Positions 26,988-42,079 of a stretch of DNA of 64,000 nt are shown here, piece by piece. The notes below the pieces were generated by a model that searched no databases, was not told the DNA's origin, and saw nothing but the letters and a program-made list of their open reading frames with translations. This DNA comes from Octopus vulgaris (lineage: Eukaryota), in assembly GCA_951406725.2 (NCBI GenBank), contig OX597815.1, positions 209,498,001 through 209,562,000 of the forward strand, read 5' to 3'. A program made the translations under genes and the position numbers. Numbering within the stretch: the stretch's first letter is position 1; each line of letters starts with the position of its first letter.

Positions 26988-28181
26988 ATGATTCAGATAT
27001 ATTAGCTGATTAAAATGCGTATTATTTTCTCTTTTTCCTTCAATTTCTTCTTATTTTTTAAAACAAGAACAGTTTTACCAAGTTAACAACGAACTTACTA
27101 AAATCAGCTTTTTGCAATTGTGGCAGTTGTGCGAAATCACAATTTGGAAATATCAATTCATCTCTACATTTCTCTTGATTGAAATTCTTCGATATTTTCA
27201 GTCTATCTCATTTAAAGATTATACATATCTAAACAAATCTTACCAGTGTCGATCAACTGTATTTCCAAGAATTCAGACTTTTGGTAAGTTTAACTTTTCG
27301 TAAAATAATCAATGAACTACATTTCTTTAACATCATTCATTGCTATTCATATAAATTTCCTTGAACACCATTCATTGCTATTCATAAAAAATTTTTAAAT
27401 ATATATAACACTTTCCCCTGAAATCGTGCCACTCAAAATATACATATTGAGATGCATTACCTGAAGATATTTTCATTTCTTCGTGGTACTTGCTTGGCAG
27501 AAGGTGTAATCTGAACCTTTAGTTTCTTTGGGGAAAATAAGACAGGGAAATTGAATAATGGTTGAGATATATTAGTAATTTAAAATGCGGATTATTTTCT
27601 TTATTTTCTTCCGTTTCTTTTTTTCCTTTGTTAATTGTGGTGCAATAAAGAATGAGTAGAACGCTGGAGGAAATCCTTTAGAGTATTTACTATGTCGTAC
27701 AGAGTTCAAGTGCGGCTAATCTGGGTTTTACCATTCATGCTTTCAGTGTGGATAAATTACTACCACTCACGTACAAGGATCATATCATGTCGATTGTTTC
27801 ATCTCCTCTAAATGAATAGGTTTCTACCAATGGTGATAATTATTGTTTCTTTAAGTAATGTGTTGGCATTGCAAAAATAGTACTGTGCTAGACTAAATGC
27901 TTAATAGTATTTAATTTAACCCTCTTCAAAGCATTGAAGTTCCACATAAATTAGCATTGCCGTTCATCTACCAAAATAGGTAGCAAGAATGAGCTACCAT
28001 TTCCCTCAGCATCAAGGTCGTTCCGATCTCGGTGATTCACCTCAATGTCGTTTTGAGAATTTTGAAAACATGATAGCCACAAAGGACAATTTGCAAGCCA
28101 AGCCACATGAAGACCCTGTTGATCACTTCTATTCTTTTACTTAAGCAGCTCATAAGCACGGCAATTTTTGTAGCATAGATA

Positions 28182-28322
28182 TTAGGTTGTCCCAAAAGTT
28201 CGTAAACACTTGCGAAAATTGAATTTTTACTCGCCAAGTACAAACAAAAACAACAAAAATTATTCCTCAAAATAAAGACCATTATTTTCCAAGACTTTCT
28301 ACGAACTTTTGGGACAACCTTA
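28182..28322. mobile_element. 141-bp mariner-type MITE
   Basis: TIRs TTAGGTTGTCCCAAAAGTTCGTA / TACGAACTTTTGGGACAACCTTA, TA on both sides. Confidence 0.85.
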
Positions 28323-28718
28323 TAATTCATTTGTCAAGTTAAAATTAGTTTATGATAAAGATAACTGCCCTTTTCTAGGTCAAATGGAAATTATTCTCAG
28401 TTTACATTAGGTAAAAGGAAAATTGTTTTCGATGGCAAGAAGTGCAAAAGTTTCAGTTGATTGACTTGGCTCTATTACTCAGACATTTATGGTTTGCATA
28501 TCACAGACACAGGCGTAGCTGTGTGGTAAGGAGCTTGCCTCCCAACATTTTTTTCAAGTTCAGTCCCACCACGTAGCACTCTGGACAAGTGACGTCTACT
28601 ATAGCCTGGTTTGACCAAAGCCTTGTGAGTGGATTTGGTAAAAGGAAACTGAAAGAAGCCCAAGGTTTATAAATATATATGTGTGTGTATATATATATGT
28701 ATGTATATATATATACAC

Positions 28719-28786
<68 letters not shown>

Positions 28787-29091
28787 ATATATATATATAT
28801 GTATATATATATGATGTAAATTAGAGCTGCTACTGAAGTGTTTTGGGAGTAGATTACAGATAATGACTACACAATATAGTTGTTTTACATAAAAACGACA
28901 TTTCTTGTCAGAAACAGCCACATAAATGGTGTAAGGAAATTGAAGGAAGATGTTGAAACTTCCCCTCTGCGAGTTTATTTTACTCAACAGCAAAGGGACC
29001 TATTTTTCCTGAGTATGGTACGTTCTAACATGACAATATAATATCTACTTGAAAAAGTAGAGTTAAAGGAATGTATTTGCTACATGCTTAC

Positions 29092-29245
29092 AACGTACGA
29101 CCATTCTGAAATTGACTTCAGGTGACGAAAAATGAAGACATGAAGAATTTGATTTCAGTTCACGAACACTGCTTTGAATCTTTAGCAGTTCGCAGTGAAA
29201 AGAAGTCGCGTTCGAAATATCATAATGGATGAGTAAATAAGCATC
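29092..29245 (-). CDS. Candidate internal exon (DAYLLIHYDISNATSFHCELL...NFRMVVR)
   Basis: ttgtttccctttaag acceptor, gtaagc donor, open frame, phase-compatible with exon 31359-31483. Confidence 0.42.
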
Positions 29246-29787
29246 CTTAAAGGGAAACAATGCATTGGTAAGTAAATAAAGGTATCAATAAATAGAAGAG
29301 AGAGAAGTGAAAGCTTGCCATAGTTTAATGCAGTTTAAATATGGAGATTAAGATTGTTTGGTATTGGATATTCATCCCGTACAGTGTTCGCAGGTGGACA
29401 GTCGAAATAAATAGACAAAGTCCTTTCACTTTTATAATATTCTGTAACCAATTATACACAATTACAACATATAAATAATAAATAAAAAAATGTGAAAACC
29501 ACTAAAAAATATTCTCTAATACCAATATACGACCATATAGATGAAAAAAGTATAGAAGACCCTACATACAAAAAACCATGTACATAAAACGAATTAAAGA
29601 AAAACTCTTATAAGCCACCGTTTTTCCCGGTTTGTCCATTTACGCGGGAGCTCTGGACAAACTGCTATAGTGCATGACCATCCTTGGGACATAAGTAATG
29701 TGTGTGTAAAGTTTGGTGAAAATCGGTTGAGAATTGTGGAAATGTATGCGTTAGTCAATATAATACAAATATTGTGATTTATATATA

Positions 29788-30262
29788 CCGTAAATCCTCG
29801 GGTATAATCCGCATTTTCCCCTAAATTTAAAGGTCAAAATCCCTAGTGCGTATTTTACACGAGGTTAAAAAGGAAAATTATTTTCTAAGCAATGTTCAAG
29901 TCTCTATTTGCTGTTTGACAATGTTTATTCAGACGCATTTTGTGATGTCGGGCGCGAAAATACCTTAAGCTAAGCCTGAAAGCAATGAAGTCATAAAAGA
30001 ATCATCCATAACTTGCAGTAAGCAAAATTCATTAAACGTTATTACTGTTATTTCTTTATTTTCTGGAAACAAAATACACAAAAATGCTACACATTTGCAT
30101 TATCTTATATATACAATAATAATAAAGTACGTTACCGTATACATTTTTACAAACCAAGGACGTTATATAGACCTCCTTGGCTCAAGTTAGAGAAGGGGTG
30201 CGTATTATACACAAGGTTTAGGTTTTTCAGAAGTACAGCCCCCTATACTCAAGGATTTACGG
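29788..30262. mobile_element. pogo/Tigger-like MITE
   Basis: TIRs CCGTAAATCCTCGGGTATA / TATACTCAAGGATTTACGG, TA TSD. Confidence 0.82.
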
Positions 30263-31358
30263 TACTAGATATATGTCTGTGCGTCTTTGTGTCTGTGTTT
30301 GTCTCTCACCATCACTTGACAACGGATGTTGGTGTGATAGAATTAGCAAATTACGAAAATTAGTCAAAGGGCCGGTTTGTTCGACTAAAACTACTCTTCA
30401 AGGCTGTGCCCTAGCATGGCTGCAGTCAAATGACTGAAACAAGTAAAACATGAAAGATATCAATTTAAGGACTCTTCACTATTTACGTAACCTATGACAC
30501 GTATTAATGAAAGAAATCAATGAAATAAATAAAAATAAAGCGAATGTGAATGTTTTAAATGAGAAAAAATGTTTCAACTTCAACGCAACCTCTGGTAGCA
30601 TTTGGGCGTTCCTTTTCAACGTAGATTTAGCTGAGTTAAGCAACAAAGAGATAAATAAGTATCACATATATTGACAAATTTATAGATTCATTGCTACTGT
30701 GACGGGATAGATAGTTGATATTTAAGAATGAAATAAATGTATTTGAGTGGAGAAAGTGGCAAAGATGGCTGCAGAACTTAACACACAGTAAGAGAAGACT
30801 TAGATAAGTTAATTAAGTTACACCTTAGAAAGTTAGGATTCACTGATTAGGTGACGTAGAATAGAGAAATGTAGAATTATGCCGTAGTATCGAAATAAGC
30901 ATCTGGTGAAGATTCTAGACGGTCTCATTAAATAATTTCTTTGTCAATTTTGGCAGCTGAAATATGAGTTCGAAAATATCTTTAATTGCTCAGGGAGTTT
31001 ATAAAATAAGTATTAGTAATGTGTAGAGATTGAATTAATCAGTTATATTCTCCATCACTCATTAAGATTGCATTTCCTCATTACAAAGGAGTTATTATAC
31101 GGTCGTTCACAACTGTTGACCCCGAGGTCAGAATTCCTGGGATGTATGTCATGCTTCTGCTGCTGCTGATGATGATGATGAATAACTGATATCTTATAGT
31201 CCGTAAAATCTTCTAGTAAACGACTTGGGTGGGCCTAATTAAGAAGTGTGTGTTAGTTTATAATGAACAGATAAAATGTCATGAATGGCAATTAGATTAT
31301 CCTTATTCTTGTAACTCAGCACAGAATACAATATGCTATGAGTATATATGATACTTAC

Positions 31359-31483
31359 TGGTGAGGAATTATTAAAAAATATACTAAGGTCAGAGTAAGT
31401 GCATGACCCGGGCATCACTCCGTATTCCTTACTTAATGTTATATGATATTGCCCTCTCACATTTAACAATATATTCAGAGCAT
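31359..31483 (-). CDS. Candidate internal exon (ALNILLNVRGQYH...FFNNSSP)
   Basis: Consensus donor gtaagt, open frame of 41 codons; acceptor is weak. Confidence 0.4.
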
Positions 31484-31783
31484 CTATCTCATTATATTAT
31501 AAGATTATATGTGTGTGTGTGTATGTGTGCGTGTGTGTGCGTGTGTGTTAGAGTGGTAGATTGGTAAAACCGGTGGAACGTCTGACAAAACTTTGAAATG
31601 TGTTCCGGCTCTTTAAGTTCTTAGTTCAGGTCAACTTTGCGTTTCATCTTATCAAGTTCGATAAAATAAAGTTGGTGGGAGGAGGCGATATTATCGACAA
31701 GGTCTTTCTCTTTAGAACTTCTTTCATTGTGTTTGCGATAAAAATATTTTTATAATCCTGGTCACGGCACGTCACTTTTCATA

Positions 31784-31967
31784 GGCGCAGGAGTGGCTGT
31801 GTGGTAAGTAGCTTGTTTACCAACCACATGGTTCCGGGTTCAGTCCCACTGCGTGGCACCTTGGGCCGACCAAAGCCTTGTGAGTGGATTTGGTAGACGG
31901 AAACCTCGGGCCGACCAAAGCCTTGTGAGTGGATTTGGTAGACGGAAACTGAAAGAAGCCTGTCGTA

Positions 31968-32018
<51 letters not shown>

Positions 32019-32233
32019 TTGTGTGTCTGTGTTTGTCCCCCTAGCATTGCTTGACCACCGATGCTGGTGTGTTTACGTCCCTGTTACTTAGCGGTTCGGC
32101 AAAAGAGACCGATAGAATAAGTACTGGGCTTACAAAAGAATAAGTCCCGGGGTCGATTTGCTCGATTAAAGGCGGTGCTCCAGCATGGCCGCAGTCAAAT
32201 GACTGAAACAAATAAAAGAGTAAAGAGAGAGTA
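31784..32233 (+). mobile_element. SINE family A with internal duplication
   Basis: Complete; ~45-bp duplication at 31863-31949. Confidence 0.88.
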
Positions 32234-32459
32234 AGGCTATATGTAACTAATACAGCTAAAGGTGGGCGATAAGTTGAATACTTAGACTATCATACAAGTG
32301 GTCGAGACTTTTTAGTTAGGTATAGAAGTGACGTTTTTTTCCCTATGCCGGAAAAAAGTTTAGATGCTGGCAATACCGACTAGTTTTGAATGCATCAGTG
32401 GTGAGACACACACAATTCCTTTAAATGCAGTCGAAGCGTTTATTGATGTTGCATATATA

Positions 32460-32876
32460 GGTGCAGGAGTGGCTGTGTGGTAAGTAGCTTGCTAACCAAC
32501 CACATGGTTGTGGGTTCAGTCCCAGTGCGTGGCATCTTGGGCAAGTGTCTTCTGCTATAGGCCCGGGCCGACCAATGCCTTGTGAGTGGATTTGGTAGAC
32601 GGAAACTGAAAGAAGCCTGTCGTATATATGTACATATATATATATATGTGTGTGTGTGATTGTGTGTCTGTGTTTGTCCCCCTAGCATTGCTTGACAACC
32701 GATGCTGGTGTGTTAACGTTCCCGTCACTTAGCGGTTCGGCAAAAGAGACCGATAGAATAAGTACTGGGCTTACAAAGAATAAGTCCCGGGGTCGATTTG
32801 CTCGACTAAAGGTGGTGCTCCAGCATGGCCACAGTCAAATGACTGAAACAAGTAAAAGAGAGAAAGAGAGAGAAAG
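32460..32876 (+). mobile_element. SINE family A
   Basis: Complete head, body and tail. Confidence 0.88.
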
Positions 32877-33250
32877 ATATCACAGCTTTGGGGGAACACA
32901 AGATGCCCTTGGCTAGCAGTTTTGTGAGATTTCTACAGTTAAAAGTTTACTATCAAGGCTGGAACACCGAAATTTTTGCCAGTCGAGTGGACCGGAGCAA
33001 GGAGAAATAAAGCGTCTTGCTCAAGTACAAAGCGCGCCGCTAGGAATCGAACTCACGACCCTAAAATCGTGAGCTAAATACCTCTAAGCCACGCACCTTC
33101 AAATATATACACACACAAACACACATATATATCTACCAACCCACTACCACCACCATGGACAATAACCCCCCTCCCCCGAAGAAATTACCCCTGAGGTCAA
33201 CAAATGATGATTTAAAGCTTCTTAATATATTGGAGAGGGACTAATTAACC

Positions 33251-33477
33251 TATTTCTTTATTACCCACAAGGAGCTAAACACAGAGCGGACAAACAAGGA
33301 CAGACATAGGTATTAAGTCGATTACATCGACCCCAGTGCGTAACTGGTACTTAATTTATCGACCCCGAAAGGATGAAAGGCAAAGTCGACCTCGGCGGAA
33401 TTTGAACTCACAACGTAACGCAGACGAAATACCGCCAAGCATTTCGCCCGGCGTGCTAACGTTTCTGCCAGCTCGCC
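33251..33477 (-). mobile_element. SINE family B, young copy
   Basis: TSD TTAACC at 33245-33250 and 33478-33483. Confidence 0.9.
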
Positions 33478-33778
33478 TTAACCAAAGAAGTAATTGTCTT
33501 ACGGGGTAGTTGTCGTCGGTGGGAACTGTCCTACAGGGGCTAATTATCTTGGGTAATTATTCTGGTACTATATCTACAAGTATACAAGTATCAAGTCATG
33601 TAACTGTTAATTTAAAAGTTATTCAATGTCACTACTAACCACCTTTTGTGGCATTTTGCGACTTTCAAATTATCAATAGCAAAAACGGATCCTTCTCTAT
33701 TTGTAAAATACATAAATTAACAAATGAACTCCACAGTTTTATATTTAGCACATGTCTTTTGATCACTATATACATACA

Positions 33779-34225
33779 CTAGCAGTATAGCCCGGCGTTG
33801 CTCGGGTTTGCTTTTTTAGTTGCGCTTAAAACGGCAGACTTTGATGTTGCGTTAACAAAGTTTTGACATAGTCTCAATCTTTTTTGGAAAGTAAAAATTT
33901 TGCATTATGAAGCTTGTTATTCTCTTCAAGTGAACATTTTTCTGGTTGAAATACACCAAAAAATGGCGATACAGCAGTCAAAAAATCACAAAAAATTGGG
34001 ATTTTCATAGAAAAAAAAGCACCTGTTTGATGTAAATAGTTTTTGGTCTTAATATAGTTCGATTTGAATTTTTTCTTCTACAGAATGAAGAGCAAATCTT
34101 CTTCTATCCTACTCTCAATTTTGGTCAACTTGCGCCGCAGGGTCTCGGAGGAGATATTGTTAGTTGAAGGCTACCAAACCTGCCAATCTCACACACACAG
34201 ACAACTTCAGCTTTATATGTATAGA
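33779..34225 (-). mobile_element. Non-autonomous Helitron sharing the 3' hairpin with the 13656 family
   Basis: Minus strand A|TC...CTAG|T, CCCGAGCAACGCCGGG hairpin, different internal sequence. Confidence 0.78.
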
Positions 34226-34299
34226 TATATACATACACACATACACACATACACACATACACACACACACACATACACACACATGTATAAAGAGAGAGA

Positions 34300-34345
<46 letters not shown>

Positions 34346-34358
34346 CATGTTAAATACC

Positions 34359-34586
34359 TATTTCTTTATTACCCACAAGGGGCTAAACATAGAGGGGATA
34401 AATAAGGACAGACATAGGTATTAAGTCGATTACATCGACCCCAGTATGTAACTGGTACTTAATTTATCGACCCCGAAAGGATGAAAGGCAAAGTCGACTT
34501 CGGCGGAATTTGAACTCACAACGTAACGACAGACGAAATACGGCTACGCATTTCGCCCGGCGTGCTAACGTTTCTGCCAGCTCGCC
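34359..34586 (-). mobile_element. SINE family B, young copy
   Basis: TSD GTTAAATACC at 34349-34358 and 34587-34596. Confidence 0.9.
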
Positions 34587-35817
34587 GTTAAATACCGGTA
34601 CTCGCATATGTGTGTATGTGTGTGTGTGTATGTGTGTGTGTATGTGTGTGTGTGTGGCTTAGAAAAACTGAAGGACCACTGCAATATGTGTGTGAATCTG
34701 AGAGGAGAATATGTTCAATAAAATCATAATTAACTGATCCTCTTGTATTTCCTTTTACCTAAAGCCTGGAACTTTTCAACACTCGCTCGTACAAACAATC
34801 AAGGTGGCCATGGTTGGAATATCATTTATCATAGGCATAGGTGATTTGCATAATTATTGATAGATTTTGTGCTGGCACAACAGAATACCGGCACCTTAAA
34901 ATATCTGATCGAAACTGGTTAACGTCTAAGATATTCATTGAAACGACACGCACACTGGTTACATAATTACAGCATCACTGCTTCGTGGGTTCTTATCATG
35001 ATTTTAAATGTTTGCCAATAACATACATTTCGAATTTAACATGATTCTTTCTGCAAATAAAATTGCTTGGTTAAGAATAAGCTGGAGGGAAGAGTTTATG
35101 TAGCGTCGAGGAAGAGAGATGAAAATGAAATGCAAACATAAGCAACTTCTGATAAGTGTCACCAAAGACTCATCTAATTTTTCCTGAAGGCTTTTATTTA
35201 ATTTATCCGAAAGGGATATCTTAACTAAGGCTTAGCATCTCAGTTTTGTAATCTACTAAAATGCATGCGTACATGTTTGCAAGCACGCACGCATACGCAC
35301 ACAGATATATACATATGTATATATGCATGTGTATATATATATATATATATTTCATATACAAACATATATCATATATATATATGTATATATATATTTCATA
35401 TATAAACATATATCACATATATATTTATATATATTTCATATATAAACATATATCATATATATATATATATATATATATTACACGCACACACACACACATA
35501 TATATGTATATATGTATATAAATTTGTGAATGTATGTACGTATATATACATATCTATGTGTGTGTGTATATGTGTAAATATGTATGTATTTTTGTAACAT
35601 ATTTCTATCCTATGTATATATATATATTTCATGTATATATGTATATAAATGTGTGAATGTAAGTATGTACGTATGTATATATATGTATGCGTGTGTGTGT
35701 GTACATATATGTTGTATGTATGTATGTATGTATGTATGTATAAACACACATATATACAGACACGTGCACATGCACATACTCTGCAAACACTTACTTATAT
35801 GTATATGTATGTAATTG

Positions 35818-35903
<86 letters not shown>

Positions 35904-36519
35904 ATATATATGTACATTTATAAAATTGTATGTTTATTAAGAATAACTTCAAAATACTGAGATAAACTAAGATATCAATGCAAAGTGGATCGCTCCTACA
36001 AAACTCGGAACATTTTTGTCTATAGAGAATTCATCTGGTCGGAATTTTTTTTTGTTAAGAAGGGATCCTAGCTAACACCACTACTAATATCTGGGTTTTA
36101 CGCTTATATTTCGGCTTCCCAAATATTACCTTACATCCCGTAGGAAACTTTCAGGGGGTGCCAACTTTGTCTGCTCCGTCACATCACCCTCAGTTTTTAA
36201 AATCGGACACACGACCCTGCATTCCCTACCTTGTTTGATTGAAACGATATCATAGAGGACTTCCAGTAGTTTTTCTTTTGTGGGCATATGGAAATCCTCT
36301 CCTGGTTTAGCAAAACAGAAGTGTGTTGCTTGTCTCTTTACCCGTTCCATGATGCATTCTTCTCGCAAGAAGTCACTGACTCACGGAACATACTTGCCCC
36401 ACGTCATTTAGTTTTTTTTATTAGAATCGCTCTAAAAGCCATATCTAATAAGTGGCTCTTAGCAAGAAATAGCAGAGCTGAATGACGATCCATGACAGTT
36501 CACTCAAGGGTTTTTAGAC

Positions 36520-37430
36520 AAATCTAAAAGAAACAACTTTTTTCTCTTAAAGGTGTTGAGAAAATGAGTTTGAAAAACGGAGGATGGAAATGAGTCCCAG
36601 ATGGGAATAACTCTAACTGAAAAAAAGTGCTGGCGGATGTCTTTGTTACACTCTGTTAATAAGGGATAGAAGGGGCTGTCAATTCGCTGATTTCGACTAT
36701 TAGAGATAGAGAAAGAAAGTGCCATAACAATCTTCATAGTTTTATAGATAAACCTAAATATTTGATGATATGTCTCAGCTCAAGAGTCGTCAATTTGAAT
36801 GAAGTTAAATGTTCAGGATACGAGACGTGAGATATCTCGGGCATCAGCCATATAAATACTTATGAGACTGTTAAGTGTTGTCAATAATTTATGTATAAAA
36901 AGGGACCAAAATTCCATTAGTTTTCTAATTTAGAACTATCAAACTAGTTCTGAGTGTAGAACTGTTGTGCTACACATATAAAAACATATTTATCGTAACT
37001 TATAAATACTTAAATATCATTGCCAGCATAGAATTTACCTTATTAAAGACTTTCTGGCAGTAATAATATTTTTGATGCTAGAAACAGAAGAAATGAGAGT
37101 AGAATCTAGTTTTTAGTAATTTTAAAAAATCTTTAACTTAGCATTTTAGATCATCATTCATGATATTTCGAGAAGCTAGAAATCAGTAATTTGGTATGGT
37201 CAGCATGCAATTTGACTAAGGATGACTCGATAACGGAAGTCATATCATTGGTATAATTAAGAAATGGAAGTAGACTAAAAAGAGTTAAAACCTCCCAGTC
37301 GGGAGAAATATTTCTTGACTGGAAGGTTCCGACAATTATTTTCATTATGGTAAATTGAATCTTACATGATAAGCAGTTTTTAGAGAAATAGATTAAAAAT
37401 CATAAGATTGCTTTAGTTATAAAAGTTTTG
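36520..37430 (-). mobile_element. Highly degenerate CR1/L2 LINE fragment
   Basis: LLPFLNYTNDM..VKLHADHTKL (RT FADD-like) and FFSVRVIPIWDSFP C-terminal motif. Confidence 0.72.
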
Positions 37431-37454
37431 TGTGACTTAAAAATACCTGTGCAT

Positions 37455-37752
<298 letters not shown>

Positions 37753-38699
37753 TCGCTGTTTTGCGTCTCATCTTGTTGCTGATGCTGAAGTGCCATGCTG
37801 TTGCAGTTGTCACAGATACTTGTACTGTAGTTGCTGCTTTTATTGCTGTTAATATTATGGGTCATGGCATCAGTGGAGGCCTTCTTTCATCTGTCATTAT
37901 CTGTTGTTATTGGAGGCAGAAAGCCTTGGGAGGATTAATGTTTCCTTAGTTGTAGCACCGAGGTCTTCTACCTTCCACAACCACTTGTAGTTGCTACCTT
38001 TCTGGGATCTCTATTAGGTCGGGAATCTTTCCTTGTGTTTTATCTGATTCAGTTATTTGATTCAGTCTTAAATTTTATCTGATTCAGAATCTCCAGTCCC
38101 TTCACAACATAATTTTCCTTTGGAATTTATTTTAACCACTAGCAGTGCGCTAAAATCTACCAAAAGCACACATTTCATCAACCATTAACAGTTTAGTTCT
38201 GGTGATAGATTTGTAACTTTCCTCGGAAAGCTCTCCGTCCAAGATAGACATATGTAAGCCTAAACTCTGTTGTATTTTACGGAATTGTGGAGTGCTTTTG
38301 TATTAGGGTTTCCGAGCAGAAAATAACACGCATATATCCGTATTTATGGGTCTGACCAGCAAAAAATTAACAGTAACGGCCCAAAAGTTTCTAAAGCTTT
38401 AGCCTGGTCTGAAAGTATACGTTCTAATTTGTCATTTTGTCGATAAGCACCTATACAAAATTGTTTTCCTTCCTGTTTGATCTTGAAGGTGTTACAGTAT
38501 GTTGAACATAACTTTGCTCTGTTCTGCTCTATCGATGTGTTTCTTTGCCTCTTCTAAATGTTCATATTTTTTGTACAGTGAAACAAAGTCATAAACTTTG
38601 GCAATCTTCACGAAAAAGAAATATCTTTCGCTGAATATTTTCACTGCTGCTGTTTCCGTTACTTTTAATACCTTTGCCATTGCTGCTGCTTCAGTAATT

Positions 38700-38886
38700 T
38701 TTAAATATTTCTGGCCGTAGACGGTATTCTTTGAAAAACACTCCTTTTCCGATGAGCTAAGCAAGCTTGTGAACTGATGGGAGAAGTGCATCAACAATCA
38801 GAAAACGATGTAATTATTCAAACTCTGCCTTTGTTTTAATAAATTACAGAAACACGAGTGCATATAACTTTTGACTTACCCTTGCA
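38700..38886 (+). mobile_element. Mariner 3' remnant
   Basis: KLVN*WEKCIN and terminal AACTTTTGACTTACCCTTG TIR-like sequence. Confidence 0.6.
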
Positions 38887-38894
38887 TATATACA

Positions 38895-38959
<65 letters not shown>

Positions 38960-39101
38960 GTGTGTGTGTGTGTGTGTATGTGTGCGTGTGCAAACATCCT
39001 TATATACATATATGTATAATTATACATATACATATATACAAACGCACACATGTATATATACAGACACATATACATGTATGTTATGTATGTATGTATGTAT
39101 G

Positions 39102-39182
<81 letters not shown>

Positions 39183-40594
39183 TTGTTTACAATTCTATGA
39201 AAATTAAAGTGTAAATAAATTTTATTGGTAAAGTTAGTATCGAACTTTTACTGTTCTTTCTTTGAGCTGCTCCAGTTGACTGTGCAAAAATGTCGCAACA
39301 GACTGAAGAGCACTAAGGATTATAGGAATACATTCAGAACATATTATTAGGTTACAAAATCTAGTGTTAACTATTGATATTTTTTTTTTCGCTTCTCACT
39401 GACATTTACCTGACATTAACATCATATGGCCAACTGATCTATCGTCAGTTATCCAGCAGACCAGAGAAATATCTGGTCTGTTAAGTCCGCATTTGATGAA
39501 AATTTTAACTGGAATTCTTCATCATCATTCGTTGTTATTCTCAGTATGGAAGCGTTCAGCTTCATTGGATTTGTATACTGGCGACAAGACAATTTAATTT
39601 ATAGTTCTTGAAATGATATCACATCTCAAATAAATGTAATACTGTGCTAACTTCTGTTGTATTATCCATGAACATTTACCGTTTTCTTTTATCTCAATGT
39701 GTACGTAAAAAAAATAATAAAGGATTTATTATATATATATATTTTTTTTATCTCATAACTAATGGCTATCTGTTGTTCTGATATGAAAAATACGATGGTT
39801 CACTCAGAACAAGTTTGATACCTTTTTTTGTTTGTGTTAGTATCATTACTATATTTGAAGATTGTAGCATAACGTAGATTATTATCTTTATCTTTGAATA
39901 TGAAACAAAAGAAAAAAAAAAAAGAGAAGCAATAACCCAGTGAAATAGAGATGAAAGAAATGGGTGAAGCAGACGGACAGATAGACAGAAAATGTAAATC
40001 AAATGATAAACAGAAAACAAAAGCTAAAATGGTAAATGAATGAAGGATTATGCAAATAAAAAACAGGAAGGAAATATGTGGGATCCAGCCTTATATGAAA
40101 AACAAGGAGAAATATATATGTAAAAAAAGTAAATTGGAAAAGAGAATGAAAAGACGGTTGTGACAACATTTCATTAAAAAAATCTGAAGTAAAAAAAGAT
40201 CAGAAAAATATTGCTGAGCAGAATAAAGGGACAAATAATTGAAAATCAGAAATAGAAATTGATAAATCAGTATGTATTCACCAACCAGTACAAGGAACAC
40301 ACAAATTATCTTTATACATTGCTTGTATTTATCTTATTGTTTTAGTTTGGTCAAAGAAAGGAAGACAGTACCTGTAGCTTTTCTTTTTTTTGTAGGGAGC
40401 TACGTGGCGAAGATGGAGGAAGAAGTAAGAAGAAACCACAGAAACCACTTCATACAGAGATGCTGTGATAAAAACAAAAAAACAAAAACAAAACACACCT
40501 TACATCCAGATTTTTATTTGAATAAGGTTTCATGCTTGTCTTGTAGGATATAATTTCCTCATTAATAATTATATTTTAATAGTCATTTTAACTC

Positions 40595-41488
40595 AGGCGG
40601 TGAGCTGGCAGAAACCTTAGCGGTATTTTGAGTTCTAAAGCGGCGAGCTGGCAGAAACGTTAGCACGCCGGGCGAAATGCTTAGCGGTATTTCATCTGCG
40701 TTACGTTGTGAGTTCAAATTCCGCCGAGGTCGACTTTGCCTTTCATCCTTTCGGGGTCGATAAGTTAAGTACCATTTACGCATTGGGGTCAATGTAATCG
40801 ACTTAATACCTATGTCTGTCCTTGTTTGTCCCCTCTATGTTTAGCCCCTTGTGGGTAATAAAGAAATAGGTATTTCGTCTGCCGCTACGTTGTGAGTTCA
40901 AATTCCGGCCAGGTCGATTTGCCTTTCATCCTTCCGGGGTCGATAAATTAAGTACCATTTACGCACTGGGGTGGTCAACTTTGCCTTTCATCCTTTCGGG
41001 GTCGATAAATTAAGTACCATTTCCGCACTGGGGTCGATGTAATCGTCTTAATACCTATGTCTGTCCTTGTTTGTCCCCTCTATGTTTAGCCCCTTGTGGG
41101 TAATAAAGAAATAGGTATTTTGAGTTCTAAGTTCAAATTCCGCCGAGGTCGACTTTACCTTTCATCCTTCCGAGGTAGATAAATTAAGTTCCAGTTACGC
41201 ACTGGGGGTCGATGTAATCGACTTAATCCTTTTGTCTGTCCTTTTTCATCTCCTCTAGGTTTAGCCCCTTGTGTGCAATAAAGAAATAAGAATCATTAGT
41301 ATGCCGGACACAATGCTTAGCAGCGTTTCGCTCGTCTTTACGTTCTGTGTTCAATTCCAAAGACGACGACTTTGCCTTTCATCCTTTCTGGGTCTATAAA
41401 ATAAGTACTTGTTATACATTGGGTTCAATGTAATCGACTTCTTCCCTCACCCGAAATTGCTGGCTTTGTGCCAAAACTTGAAACCAAT
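40595..41488 (+). mobile_element. Cluster of nested and tandem SINE family B copies
   Basis: Block 40639-41113 flanked by a 17-bp repeat GGTATTTTGAGTTCTAA inside an older copy. Confidence 0.9.
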
Positions 41489-42079
41489 TCTCATCTTAAC
41501 TTTATTTCTATCAAATGATGTTGCTTTTCACATCTGGCAGTATTTAAAAAATTGTTTAGAATGTACTTAAACCTCTTACACTCTACCAAGTTTTATTATG
41601 ACACAGTGACGGACGATGTCACTGTTTATAAGAAAATTCCGATTGTGAGTATCTTGTAATCCTTCGGTTCCCAGAGTGGAATGAGAAATACATTGAAAGA
41701 TATTGATTTATTTCAAATTCCCATATCTCTGTAGCCAGTGAAATATTCTGCATTGATCACACACGCTTTGCTTCTGAATACTGTCACGTGACGTATGTTC
41801 GTATCGTTTAAAATAAATATTTTATCGAACTCGTAAATGATGACACGAAAGTTGATCTTTACACAAGGCACATAACTCTGATGGAACTAAATATCTCGAT
41901 CTGTATTTTCGAAGTAATGGTATTTATTCAATCTATGCAGGTATACAAGTACACATACGCACGTGCGCACGTGCGCACGCTCACAAATATATAGTAATTT
42001 ATTAAGAAGTGAGGAACATCAAATTACTCTACTTCGTGTTGAATATGACTTAATAGTTTAGTATAATATCTATCGATAA

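Noticed and set aside
36126-36368. 80-aa minus-strand ORF as a host exon
   Set aside because: No clear acceptor or recognisable domain; adjacent to LINE debris, so more likely an element remnant
40396-40468. Strong acceptor followed by ELRGEDGGRSKKKPQKPLHTEML*
   Set aside because: Isolated and short, with no partner exon identified
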